Part shown: in pieces, positions 27,778-38,853 of the stretch
How the letters are laid out: each line of letters begins with the position of its first letter
How positions within the stretch are numbered: the stretch's first letter is position 1
Source of the DNA: Dehalococcoidia bacterium
Lineage (GTDB): Bacteria > Chloroflexota > Dehalococcoidia > Lucifugimonadales > UBA2962
DNA length: 64,000 nt
Assembly (NCBI GenBank): GCA_965250195.1
Contig: OZ252295.1
Span: 654,269-718,268 of the forward strand
Direction: 5' to 3'
The notes under the pieces: generated by a model
What the model was told of the DNA's origin: nothing
What the model saw: the letters and a program-made list of their open reading frames with translations, nothing else
Databases searched by the model: none
Translations under genes and position numbers: made by a program

Positions 27778-28062
27778 CTACGTGACCGTGCTGGTCCTGT
27801 CCGACCTGCCCATGTGTCCCCTGAACGTACGGGTGGGAGCGAACTCCCCAAGCCGGTGCCCCACCATGTTTTCCGTTATGTAAATGGGCACGTGCCGCCT
27901 ACCGTCATGGACGGCGATGGTGAGCCCCAGCATGTCGGGCATGATCATCGAGGGCCGTGACCAGGTCTTAATGACGGTCTTGTCTGTGCCCTGGCGAGCC
28001 CTATCGACCTTCTTGGCCAACTTGGCGTCAACGAATGGGCCTTTCTTGATAGACCTGGACAT
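27778..28062 (-). CDS. rpsS: 30S ribosomal protein S19
   Basis: [12 protein letters not shown]...[32 protein letters not shown]. Confidence 0.95.
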   Translation of the reverse strand: MSRSIKKGPFVDAKLAKKVDRARQGTDKTVIKTWSRPSMIMPDMLGLTIAVHDGRRHVPIYITENMVGHRLGEFAPTRTFRGHMGRSDRTSTVT

Positions 28063-28893
28063 CTACTTTTTGCCCCGCCTTCTGATTATGTTTTTGCCAG
28101 TGGCCTTGTTGCGCCTGGTGCGGTAACCCAGCGTGGGCTTGCCCCAAGGCGTTTTAGGACCGGGCATGCCAATCGGCGACTTGCCCTCCCCACCACCGTG
28201 CGGATGATCCCTCGGTGACATAACGACACCACGTACAGAGGGCCGCCAACCCATGTTCCGCCTGCGCCCGGCCTTGCCGTATTTGACGTTTTTGTTGTCG
28301 ACCGCCCCCAGCTGACCGATGCTGGCCATGCACTCGCTGTGCAGCTTCCGCACCTCGCCAGATGGCAGGCGAACGAGGGTGTGATCTTCTTCCTTGGCCA
28401 GCACCTGGGCCGAGCCACCGGCGCTGCGAACCATCTGGCCGCCACGCCCGATACTCATCTCTATGTTATGGATCTCGGTACCGGTGGGAATTGCCCGCAG
28501 AGGCAGGGCGTTGCCGGGGCGGATTTCCGCCTGGTCGCCCGCCATGACGGTGTCGCCAATCTTCAGGAGTTGGGGCGCGAGGATGTAGCGCCAGTCGCCG
28601 TCCGCATACTTGATGAGAGCTATGCGGGACGAGCGGTTGGGGTCGTACTCAATTGAGGTGACCTCGCCCGGGACGCCGGTCTTGTTTCTCTTGAAATCTA
28701 TCTCCCGGTAGCGGCGCTTGTGCCCGCCGCCCCTGTGCCGCACAGAGATTCTGCCCTTGTTGTCTCGGCCGGCCCGTCTTTTCAGACCCTTGGTCAGCGA
28801 CTTTTTCGGGTGGCGCGTGGTTATGTCGTCGGTCGTCTGGAGAACGACTCCCCTCTGACCGGGGGTATTTGGCTTAAGTGCTCTCAGTGGCAT
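28063..28893 (-). CDS. rplB: 50S ribosomal protein L2
   Basis: [22 protein letters not shown]...[13 protein letters not shown]. Confidence 0.95.
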   Translation of the reverse strand: MPLRALKPNTPGQRGVVLQTTDDITTRHPKKSLTKGLKRRAGRDNKGRISVRHRGGGHKRRYREIDFKRNKTGVPGEVTSIEYDPNRSSRIALIKYADGDWRYILAPQLLKIGDTVMAGDQAEIRPGNALPLRAIPTGTEIHNIEMSIGRGGQMVRSAGGSAQVLAKEEDHTLVRLPSGEVRKLHSECMASIGQLGAVDNKNVKYGKAGRRRNMGWRPSVRGVVMSPRDHPHGGGEGKSPIGMPGPKTPWGKPTLGYRTRRNKATGKNIIRRRGKK

Positions 28894-28895
28894 AT

Positions 28896-29180
28896 CTACA
28901 CGCCCTCGAAGATGGTGATTGATTCGCCGGGAGCCAGTTTCACGATGGCCTTTTTCCAGCTCTTGGCAAACGTGGGCCGGGGACCGAAGCGCTTGGACTT
29001 GCCTTTTACGATCATGGTGTTGACACCGGTCACCCTGACCTCGAACGCCGTCTCGACGGCTTCCTTAATTTCCAACTTTGTTGCTCTGGTAGCGACCTCG
29101 AAAACGTACCGTCCTCGTTCTTGTAGAGCGGTGCTTTTTTCCGTTACTACCGGCCTGCGAATTACCAATGCGGTGTCCAT
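28896..29180 (-). CDS. rplW: 50S ribosomal protein L23
   Basis: The internal ATG at 29180 gives [19 protein letters not shown], 2 nt after the rplD stop. The track's Arg-rich N-extension would overlap rplD. Confidence 0.9.
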   Translation of the reverse strand: MDTALVIRRPVVTEKSTALQERGRYVFEVATRATKLEIKEAVETAFEVRVTGVNTMIVKGKSKRFGPRPTFAKSWKKAIVKLAPGESITIFEGV

Positions 29181-29182
29181 AT

Positions 29183-29911
29183 TTATGCGTCTTCTGTCCC
29201 GGTATCGCCGCTGGCCGCGTCGCCATCGGCCCCGTCGCTTTTGGCCGCGTCGTCGTTGCCTGCCGAGCCCTTGCCTTTTCTCACGAAGGGACCGCCCCAC
29301 AGCCTCTCGGCCTCTCGGACGGCGTCCAGCGTCATGACGATTCGCCGGTGCTTGAGCAGATCAACCGTGTTGAGCTGGAAGGCTGGCATCATGGTCAGCT
29401 TGGGCACGTTCTTGGCCGAGCGCAGGACCTCGGGCTCCGCCCCGTCGGCGACCAGCAGCACCGAGCCGCTCACGTTGAGCGACGCCAGCGCGGCAACGAG
29501 GTGCCGTGTCTTGGCTTCGGCGAGGTTGAGTTTGTCGATGACGAGCAGTTCGCCGTCCCTGGCCCGCGATGACAGGGACGACTTCAAGGCCGCCCGCCGC
29601 ATACGTTTGGGGGTGCGCTGGGTATAGTCCCTGGGCGAAGGCCCGAACGTGATGCCGCCACCCCGCCAGATTGGCGACCGGATCGAGCCGACACGAGCAC
29701 GGCCGGTGCCCTTCTGGCGCCAGGGCTTTCGGCCCCCGCCGGACACCTGGGCACGGGTCTTAGTGCCGACCGTGCCCTGGCGGGCGTTGGCCTGCTGGGC
29801 GACGACCACCTGGTGGACGAGCGCCGGCTTGGCCGGGGCGTCGAACAGGTCGTCGAGGACATCGATGTGCCCGAGGGACTTGCCCTCTATGTCGAGCAGC
29901 CTGAGTTTCAC
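29183..29911 (-). CDS. rplD: 50S ribosomal protein L4 (acidic ~35-aa C-terminal tail)
   Basis: GTKTRAQVSGGGRKPWRQKGTGRARVGSIRSPIWRGGG. Confidence 0.95.
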   Translation of the reverse strand: MKLRLLDIEGKSLGHIDVLDDLFDAPAKPALVHQVVVAQQANARQGTVGTKTRAQVSGGGRKPWRQKGTGRARVGSIRSPIWRGGGITFGPSPRDYTQRTPKRMRRAALKSSLSSRARDGELLVIDKLNLAEAKTRHLVAALASLNVSGSVLLVADGAEPEVLRSAKNVPKLTMMPAFQLNTVDLLKHRRIVMTLDAVREAERLWGGPFVRKGKGSAGNDDAAKSDGADGDAASGDTGTEDA

Positions 29912-30561
29912 TTTGAGCCGGTTCCTTTGATCGAGCTACGAATGTAGACCAGCGAGTTTCTCGCCCCCGGCAGCGCGCCTTTTACGAAAAGCAGGTTGCG
30001 CTCCGGGTCGGTGGAAACAATTTCCAGGCCCTGCACGGTGATCTGGGCGGCGCCGAAGTGCCCCGCCATTTTCTGGCCCTTCAGTACTTTGCCCGGCGTG
30101 GTACCGGCCCCGATGGAGCCGGGAGCGCGGTGACGGTCTGACTGGCCGTGGGTCTTGGGGCCGCCGTGGAAGCCGTGCCGTTTGACGACGCCAGCAAAGC
30201 CGCGTCCCTTCGATGTCCCGGTGGCGTCCACCCTGTCGCCCTCTTCGAAGGCACTGACGTCGAGCTGGGCGCCCACCTCGACCTCGCTCAGGTCGAATCC
30301 GGAGCCATGGTCCGCTCGAATCTCGCGCAGATGCCGAAACGTCTTCCCAGAGCGCTTCTGGTGGCCTTCTAACGGCCTGGTGGCGGACTTAACCTCTTCG
30401 AACCCGATCTGGATGGCCTCATAGCCATCGGCCTCGGGGGTCTTAATCTGAACGACGGTGCAGGGACCGGCCAGGACCGCGGTCACGCAGTCCACATTGC
30501 CGCTCTCGCGCACCACCTCGGTGGTACCGATTTTTTTTCCCAATATCGCTTTTACGCTCAT
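29908..30561 (-). CDS. rplC: 50S ribosomal protein L3
   Basis: ILGKKIGTTEVV...TSKGRGFAGVVKRHGFHGGPKTHGQSDRHRAPGSIG. Confidence 0.95.
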   Translation of the reverse strand: MSVKAILGKKIGTTEVVRESGNVDCVTAVLAGPCTVVQIKTPEADGYEAIQIGFEEVKSATRPLEGHQKRSGKTFRHLREIRADHGSGFDLSEVEVGAQLDVSAFEEGDRVDATGTSKGRGFAGVVKRHGFHGGPKTHGQSDRHRAPGSIGAGTTPGKVLKGQKMAGHFGAAQITVQGLEIVSTDPERNLLFVKGALPGARNSLVYIRSSIKGTGSK

Positions 30562-30577
30562 GCTCGTGGTCTTGCCC

Positions 30578-30889
30578 TTAGAGCTTTATGGAGATGTCGA
30601 CGCCCGCCGGGACGTTGAGGCTGGTCAGTGAGTCAATCGTCTTGGGAGTGGGCTCAAGGATGTCGATGAGCCGGTTGTGCGTGCGCAGCTCGAAGTGCTC
30701 GCGCGAGTCCTTGAACACGTGCGGGGAACGGATTACGCAGAAACGCTTTATCGACGTGGGCAGGGGTATCGGTCCCGCCACCTGGGCCCCGGTGCGCTCG
30801 GCCGCTTCCACGATCTGCCCGGCTGACTGGTCGAGGATGCGGTGATCGAATGCCTTGAGGATGATGCGAATTTTTTGTTTGGTGACCAT
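30578..30889 (-). CDS. rpsJ: 30S ribosomal protein S10
   Basis: [40 protein letters not shown]. Confidence 0.95.
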   Translation of the reverse strand: MVTKQKIRIILKAFDHRILDQSAGQIVEAAERTGAQVAGPIPLPTSIKRFCVIRSPHVFKDSREHFELRTHNRLIDILEPTPKTIDSLTSLNVPAGVDISIKL

Positions 30890-30893
30890 GTGC

Positions 30894-33002
<2,109 letters not shown>

Positions 33003-33069
33003 GGGCGATACCTTGGGGTCGTGGGCTAATCGTGCGGCGAGAGGTTGATGGGGGGAGGGGAGGAGTCGC

Positions 33070-33540
33070 TTACCAGCGGTAATGCGCGAACGCCCGGTTG
33101 GCCTCGGCCATACGGTGCAGGTCTTCCTTATGCTTAACTGCGGTGCCCTCGCCCCGGGATGCTTCCATTAGTTCTTGCGCCAACCGGTCCGCGATCGGTC
33201 GCCCAGACCGCTTCCGCGCAGATGCGATGAGCCAGCGCATGGCCAGCGCCACTCGACGCTCCGGCCTGACGTCGATGGGCACCTGGTATGTGGCGCCGCC
33301 GACTCGCCGGGACTTGACCTCTAGTGCGGGCACCGCGTTACGAACGGCAAGATCGAATATGTCGATGCCGGGCCGTTTCGCCTGGTCTTCAGCTATGTCC
33401 AGTGCCGCATAGACGGCCCGCTGGGCGGTCGACTTTTTGCCTCCGATCATCACCCGGTTGATGAACTTGGCGAGATCGGTGCTCCCATACTTGGGATCGG
33501 CGGTGATGAGTCGTTTTACTGCTCTGTGTCTGCGCGCCAT
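33070..33540 (-). CDS. rpsG: 30S ribosomal protein S7
   Basis: [20 protein letters not shown]...[13 protein letters not shown]. Confidence 0.95.
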   Translation of the reverse strand: MARRHRAVKRLITADPKYGSTDLAKFINRVMIGGKKSTAQRAVYAALDIAEDQAKRPGIDIFDLAVRNAVPALEVKSRRVGGATYQVPIDVRPERRVALAMRWLIASARKRSGRPIADRLAQELMEASRGEGTAVKHKEDLHRMAEANRAFAHYRW

Positions 33541-33552
33541 GAGAGTTGTGCT

Positions 33553-33999
33553 CTAACCGCCTGCGCCAGCCGCGCCGCCCGCGTTCTGCGATTTCTTGGC
33601 GCCGTACTTGCTCCGACCACGCCTGCGTTCGTCCACTCCAGAGGTGTCGAGCGCGCCGCGAATGATGTGATATCTCACACCGGGAAGGTCCTTCACCCGG
33701 CCGCCCCTGAGCATGACCACAGAGTGCTCCTGCAGGTTGTGGCCCTCTCCGGGGATGTAGGCCGTGACCTCCATGCCGTTGGTGAGCCTGACTCTGGCAA
33801 CTTTGCGCAGAGCTGAATTCGGTTTCTTGGGGGTCTGGGTGCGCACCAAGACGCAGACGCCTCGCTTCTGCGGCGAGCCGCCCGGGTCTCTCCGGCCCCG
33901 GTTCTTCAAGGTGTTGAAGATGTATCCGAGCGCGGGCGCCTTGTCCTTTTTGCGTTTGGTCTTGCGACCCTTGCGCACTAATTGGTTAACTGTCGGCAT
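33553..33999 (-). CDS. rpsL: 30S ribosomal protein S12
   Basis: [12 protein letters not shown]...[19 protein letters not shown]... with a short Gly/Ala C-terminal tail. Confidence 0.95.
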   Translation of the reverse strand: MPTVNQLVRKGRKTKRKKDKAPALGYIFNTLKNRGRRDPGGSPQKRGVCVLVRTQTPKKPNSALRKVARVRLTNGMEVTAYIPGEGHNLQEHSVVMLRGGRVKDLPGVRYHIIRGALDTSGVDERRRGRSKYGAKKSQNAGGAAGAGG

Positions 34000-34022
34000 T
34001 ATTCGCTGTGTCCGAACTCTCT

Positions 34023-34064
34023 TGTCGAATCACCGGTGTCGAATCACCGGGGTTAAATCACCGC
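34023..34064. repeat. 14-bp tandem repeat (TGTCGAATCACCGG x2 plus degenerate GGTTAAATCACCGC) in the rpsL leader
   Basis: Read directly. On the mRNA strand it reads GGTGATTTAACC-CCGGTGATTCGACA-CCGGTGATTCGACA, 23-64 nt upstream of the rpsL ATG. Confidence 0.9.
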
Positions 34065-34182
34065 AGCGTGCGCGCTGGCACGCCGTCGCCCGACGGGCGT
34101 TCCTGGGCCGGCTCAAGGGTTCAAATCGCGCCTTTTACGAGACACAGTAACACCCCTTCGCCCAGGTAGGCGACAAACAGCT

Positions 34183-34212
34183 ATGCTACAGGCCCGGCGA
34201 GCCGGGTGTCAA
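34183..34212 (-). promoter_or_regulatory. candidate sigma-70-type promoter of the rpsL superoperon
   Basis: The minus strand reads TTGACA (34212-34207), an 18-nt spacer, then TAGCAT (34188-34183). This implies a leader of about 175 nt. Confidence 0.5.
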
Positions 34213-34260
34213 CAGGCGCAGCGCACATTGATGGTACGATTCTCAGCATCCTGAGCGGGG

Positions 34261-35274
34261 GTGGCGTTTATGGCGGAGGCAGAGGCTACGGAGCACGGTG
34301 AAAAAGAGTCTTTCGAAGAGTTCCTGGGCTCGTTCGCATATGGGTCGAGGAATGACCTTCTGTTCAAGTTTTTGCACACCAGAAACGGGCTCAAGGAGCG
34401 GGGCGGAGCGGAGTTTTTCCGCCGGTTGCTGGAGCTCCTCGGCGATGCTTTCGATACCGGGGACTACACGGAGGTCATGGCGCACTGCGTCAACTCGCAG
34501 ATAGACGGCTACACTCCCGCGGAGGATGCCGAACCTCTTTGGAGCTACGACGAAACGCCCTGGAGCCCCCTGAAAAAGCCGCTTGGCGAGTCCCGGTTGG
34601 CGCTGGTGTCCACCGGCGGTCTGTTCGTAGATGGGGACGACCCGCTCCCCGACGCGCCTACCCAGCGCCAGGCCATTCCCCGCATCGACGAGTTTCTCCG
34701 AATGGAGCCAACTCTCTCTGAGATACCCCTCGGTTTGGACCGAAGCTCGCTGCGCGTTCGCCACCCCGGCTACGACATAAGGGGGACCGAACGCGACCAC
34801 AACGTAATCTTCCCCATCGACCGACTGACAGAGGCCCAGCAAGAGGGACTTGTGGGCGAGATCGCCGAGACGGCCTACTCGTTCGTCGGAGCCACCTCGC
34901 AGCTGCGCCTGAAAAAGCACGCCGCCCCCAGGTGGGCAGAGATGCTCATCGGACGGGGGGTCGACGCCGCCCTCCTCGTAGGTGCCTGACCCGAGTGCCA
35001 TGTGTCCGTAGGACACACAGCAAGGATTTTCGAAGAGGCCGGAATTGCCACCGTGTGCGTCTACATTCGGGCGTTCGCGCACCAGGCCCGGTTCATCAAG
35101 CCGCCTCGCGTGCTGGTGACCAGGCACGTCCTTGGGCGTACCATCGGGGCACCGGGGGACGTCGATCGCCAGTCGGAGGTCGTGGCCGCGGCACTCGACT
35201 TGCTGGCCACGGCTACCGAGCCGAACACGGTCAGGGAGCTGACCGCCGAGTACCGCACGGCGCCAGCCCCATAA
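34261..35274 (+). CDS. GrdB-family (glycine/sarcosine/betaine reductase protein B-like) selenoprotein; Sec encoded by in-frame TGA at 34987-34989
   Basis: Track ORFs 34261..34989 and 35002..35274 are in the same frame and are interrupted only by one TGA. Read-through gives ...GVDAALLVGA-U-PEC-HVSVGHTARIFEEAGIATVCVY..., with a UxxC motif and GrdB-like flanks. A hairpin follows directly. The start may be ATG 34270. Confidence 0.75.
34996..35022 (+). promoter_or_regulatory. candidate bacterial SECIS element
   Basis: UGC-CA-UGUGUCC-GUA-GGACACA-CA-GCA. It has a 7-bp upper stem (35001-35007 with 35011-35017), a CA/CA internal loop and a 3-bp lower stem. The apical G and U lie 22-23 nt from the U of the UGA. 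Confidence 0.6.
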
Positions 35275-35412
35275 CTCTGGTGCTCCAGACCACCCGCCCG
35301 TTCGTTGACCGGCTTACGGGTCGGTGCTAAATTCGACGCCATGGCCACCGGACAGCCCATTAAGCGCCCTACCCGGCGGGGCAAGACCTCGACCAGAGAG
35401 GTTCGCCTCTCC

Positions 35413-36102
35413 ATGGCGGCCGAGAACTACCTGGTTTCGATTTTCCAATTGGAGGAGGTCAGCATACGGGTGACCCCCACCCACCTGGCCGATCAGTTGA
35501 AGCGGTTGCCGGAGGGAGAGGGCCTGGGCACGTCGCTGCCCTCGGTTGGGGGCATGCTGCGGCGGCTGGTGCGCGAGGGCATGGTGGAGATGTCGCCAGA
35601 CAAGGACGTCGAGCTGACAACTACAGGCCGCCGGAGTGCCGAGAAGATCGTGCGGCGTCAACGATTGGCAAAGCGCATGGTGGTGGACTTGCTGGGACTG
35701 GAACCCTACAAGGCCCACGAGGAGGCGCATCGGCTGGAGCACGCGATCTCAGAGGAGTTGGCCGAGAAGATAGACGAGCGCCTGGGCCACCCCACCACCT
35801 GCCCGTTTGGACACCCGATCCCGGGTAGCGGCTTCGTCCGTGACCGGCTCACCGTTCCCCTGGAAAAGATAGTCTCGGGAACCACGGTCACCATCGACCG
35901 GATACCGGAGGACGACCGGGAGCTGCTCGAGTACTTCGTGGCCAGCGATGTCATGCCCGGTGTCAGCGCCCTGGTCAAGGACGCGGCGCCGTACCGGGGC
36001 GTGGTTACTCTGAACACGGGCGCCGGGGACGTGGTTGTTAGCTACGAGGTTGCCCAACGCATCTGGGTTACGCCGGTGGGCGTGCCCCAAACGCCGGGTT
36101 GA
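35413..36102 (+). CDS. DtxR/MntR-family metal-dependent transcriptional regulator with C-terminal FeoA/SH3-like domain
   Basis: AENYLVSIFQLEE..., dimerisation and metal-site region EEAHRLEHAISEEL...HPTTCPFGHPIP. ATG 35413 follows GAGAGG. The track ORF begins at TTG 35305. Confidence 0.75.
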   Translation: MAAENYLVSIFQLEEVSIRVTPTHLADQLKRLPEGEGLGTSLPSVGGMLRRLVREGMVEMSPDKDVELTTTGRRSAEKIVRRQRLAKRMVVDLLGLEPYKAHEEAHRLEHAISEELAEKIDERLGHPTTCPFGHPIPGSGFVRDRLTVPLEKIVSGTTVTIDRIPEDDRELLEYFVASDVMPGVSALVKDAAPYRGVVTLNTGAGDVVVSYEVAQRIWVTPVGVPQTPG

Positions 36103-36122
36103 CGGGGGTTAAGGGCAACAAA

Positions 36123-36148
36123 AAAGCCGTCTCTGAAGCGAGACGGCT
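36123..36148. terminator. intrinsic terminator hairpin (AAGCCGTCTC-TGAAGC-GAGACGGCTT) between convergent genes
   Basis: 10-bp stem. The A-tract on the plus side (CAACAAAAAA) supplies a U-tract for the minus-strand ACIII transcript. Confidence 0.7.
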
Positions 36149-36174
36149 TGAGCCGGTTCACTGCAGTTTTGGAG

Positions 36175-36897
36175 TTAGCGGCCCTGCTTACCGAAGATGT
36201 ACTGGACGAGGTGCCAGCGATCTTCTTCCGTCAGTAGACTGCGAAACACTGGCATGACGGTCGGGTTGGGCTGGTCGACCATGGCCAGCGCGAAGCCGGT
36301 GCGAGAGCCGAAGGAGATCCAGGCGAATAGCTCGCCCTCGGTCGCCGTCGATCCGTCGCCATCCATCATGTTGGCCGGTGCCGCACTCCCTCCTGCGGTT
36401 AGAAGCTTGCTGGCCATCACCCCGTCGCCGCGCAGGCTTTCGCCGTGACAGACCATGCAGTTGACCCGGTACAGTTCGGCGGCTTCAGCCTGTTCGTAGG
36501 AGGCGGCGAAGGCCTCCGGCAGCGTCAGTGCAGGGTACTCCTCAGCGGTATATGAAATCTCCACCGGCGCCCTGACGGTCGTGTCCGGTCCGCCGATGGC
36601 CACCGAACCCTCGGGCGGCAGCAGCCTGGGACCCTCTTGTACCTTGAACGAGGGAGCGTAGTGCATCTCGGAGAACACGATAACGGCGTGGCTACCGGTC
36701 TCGGGGAAGGCGGGCAATTTGAAGTTGGCGACGCCCAGCACGCCGGTCTCGCCGGTGTTGTTGTTGTAGCAACCGGCGAGTGCGACGAGCGCCAACGCCA
36801 ACATGGGTAACACCCATGTTCGGCGCCAATTTGCCCCCGACAGGGCGGCTCTCGTGGGACCCGGGCGATCAGTCGAAATCGTTCTGCTCCCAGCCAC
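36175..36897 (-). CDS. actE: Alternative Complex III monohaem cytochrome c subunit (ActE-like lipoprotein)
   Basis: Lipobox LALVALAGC and a single haem motif CMVCH. It is the last gene of the cluster. The start is uncertain (GTG 36897 overlaps actD; ATG 36804 is an alternative). Confidence 0.7.
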   Translation of the reverse strand: MAGSRTISTDRPGPTRAALSGANWRRTWVLPMLALALVALAGCYNNNTGETGVLGVANFKLPAFPETGSHAVIVFSEMHYAPSFKVQEGPRLLPPEGSVAIGGPDTTVRAPVEISYTAEEYPALTLPEAFAASYEQAEAAELYRVNCMVCHGESLRGDGVMASKLLTAGGSAAPANMMDGDGSTATEGELFAWISFGSRTGFALAMVDQPNPTVMPVFRSLLTEEDRWHLVQYIFGKQGR

Positions 36898-37399
36898 GCT
36901 TAACGTCCTCGGCTCCGGCGCCCTTGAGGATCTCTTCAGCCTTCCCTACTCGCTCGGCGTCGGTGGTGACCGTAAGGCCGATGAACCCTTCGGTTACGCG
37001 GGTGTCGTAGGCGCCCATGAACACTCGTGGCAGCCGGGACTCGATGATGATGCCGATCACCGTGAAGATGATCGCCCCCAGCATCGTGCCCTCGTACATG
37101 ATGATCGACATGGGCGGAATGGACAGGATCGGCTTTCCGCCGGTGACCAGCGGGTAGGCGAGCTGCGTGCCGGCGGTGAGAATGAGGCCGATGATGAAGC
37201 CACAGGCGGCCCCGATCAACGGGTAGCGATAGAGGCTGTGATGAGTCTCGTCCTCACCGAACGCTCCCTCGGGGTAGGGGGTGCCGGTGAGTATCTCGTA
37301 CTCATTGGACTCGAACCCGCCCGCGCGAACGGCGTCGAGGGCGTCGGCCGCCTCATCGACTCCCTTGAACAGACCTATGACGCTTCTTCTGGCTATCAT
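36869..37399 (-). CDS. actD: Alternative Complex III membrane subunit ActD (DUF3341-type)
   Basis: The internal ATG at 37399 gives MIARRSVIGLFKGVDEAADALDAVRAGGF, followed by two TM helices. The track's basic N-extension is probably not translated. Confidence 0.7.
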   Translation of the reverse strand: MIARRSVIGLFKGVDEAADALDAVRAGGFESNEYEILTGTPYPEGAFGEDETHHSLYRYPLIGAACGFIIGLILTAGTQLAYPLVTGGKPILSIPPMSIIMYEGTMLGAIIFTVIGIIIESRLPRVFMGAYDTRVTEGFIGLTVTTDAERVGKAEEILKGAGAEDVKRGWEQNDFD

Positions 37400-37476
37400 G
37401 GCGAAACCTCGCCCTTTCCTCTTTTTAGCTGGACCGCTTTTTGCAGCCGCTTTTCTACCCGACTTATCGGGGGCCG

Positions 37477-38847
37477 TTACTCTCTTATCGAGGCCGGAAC
37501 CACCCGTCGGCCTATCATAATGGTGTCCCTCAATCGCGTCCCTTCCTTCATGTCGAAGACCGGTATCAGCGGGAAAATCTTGGCGAAGACGAGTATGCCC
37601 ATGCCGACGAATGCGAACGTGGAGGCCACCAGCAGTATCTCGATAACGCTTGGAGCGTAGCTGCCCCAATCGAATTCAAACGGCTGCCTGCGCTGCAAAC
37701 CGGGGATGATTATGAGGAACCGCTCCATCCACATGCCGATGTTCACCAGAATTGTGGTAAAGAACATCCACATGGGGCTGCGCCGGACCGCCTTAAACAG
37801 CCAGGCCGGAACCGGGATGAAGTACGCGGTAATCATGAACGTCAGGAACAGCGGACCCATGGGCAGTCTGAATACCTGCCACTCCCTCAGCGCCAGCTCC
37901 GGTCCCTCAAGCGTGTAGAGGGCGAAGATCCACTCCAGGGCGAAGAAGAAGAACCAGGTGGTCGCCACGATGATGAGCAGCCTGCCGATGGCGTCGAAAT
38001 GGTCGGGGGTTATGTACTTGTCCCACTTCCACAGCCACACCATCAGCGCCATGACCATGGCCACCGCCGAGACGCCGGAGTGTATGGCCCCGATGATGAA
38101 GTAAGGCGCGAATATCGTAGAGTGCCAGCCCTCCACGCCGATGGAGACGGCGAAGTCCCATGACACGATGCTGTGTACCGACACGAAGACGGGCAGGACC
38201 AGGGCCGAGAGCAATATGCCCGCGACGGCCTGAAGCTTCCACTGGCTTGGCGTGCCTCTGAAGCCCAGTGACATGCCCGCGTAGAACTTGCGCATGAGCC
38301 CTGAACTGCGGTCTCTCAGCGCCGCCAGGTCCGGTATCAGCGCGATGTAAACGAAGAGGGAGCTGCCGATCAGGTAGGTGCCGACCGCGGCCGGGTCCCA
38401 CACGAACGGGGACCGGATGTTGGGCCACACGCCCCTCTCGAAGTCGTAGGGCGCCACCCAGTAGAGCCGCCAGGGCCGCCCAACGTGGAACATGATGTTG
38501 GACAGGGCCGCCAGCAACGAGAATAACGTCAACACCTCGGCTGCACGAGTAACCGGGCGCCGCCACTCTGCCTGTGTCAACCGGAGGATGGCCGAGACCA
38601 TGATTCCAGCGTGGCTGATGCCGATCCAGAATACGAAGTTGGTGATGAGGAAGCCCCAGTAGACGGGCCGGTTCACACCCAGCACACCCACGCCCTGGTT
38701 CAACTCCCAACCGTACGCGCCTATGCCTGTCAGCCATACGAGGAACAAGAATCCGACGGCCCCCAGCCACCACTTGGGCATGCCGAGGACGTCCTTGAGC
38801 AGGCCGTGGTTGAGTTCTTTGTCCGTGGAGTACGTGTATTCCTGCAT
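37477..38847 (-). CDS. NrfD/PsrC-family quinol-interacting membrane subunit (ActC/ActF paralog, canonical-looking)
   Basis: GVNRPVYWGFLITNFVFWIGISHAGIMVSAILRL..WRRPVTRAAE... is typical of NrfD-like ACIII subunits. 456 aa, about 10 TM. Confidence 0.8.
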   Translation of the reverse strand: MQEYTYSTDKELNHGLLKDVLGMPKWWLGAVGFLFLVWLTGIGAYGWELNQGVGVLGVNRPVYWGFLITNFVFWIGISHAGIMVSAILRLTQAEWRRPVTRAAEVLTLFSLLAALSNIMFHVGRPWRLYWVAPYDFERGVWPNIRSPFVWDPAAVGTYLIGSSLFVYIALIPDLAALRDRSSGLMRKFYAGMSLGFRGTPSQWKLQAVAGILLSALVLPVFVSVHSIVSWDFAVSIGVEGWHSTIFAPYFIIGAIHSGVSAVAMVMALMVWLWKWDKYITPDHFDAIGRLLIIVATTWFFFFALEWIFALYTLEGPELALREWQVFRLPMGPLFLTFMITAYFIPVPAWLFKAVRRSPMWMFFTTILVNIGMWMERFLIIIPGLQRRQPFEFDWGSYAPSVIEILLVASTFAFVGMGILVFAKIFPLIPVFDMKEGTRLRDTIMIGRRVVPASIRE

Positions 38848-38853
38848 GCCCCG

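Noticed and set aside
34243-35127. 294-aa minus-strand ORF spanning the in-frame TGA region
   Set aside because: It is antisense to the GrdB-like gene and matches no recognisable family. The plus-strand frame carries strong family-specific motifs on both sides of the TGA.
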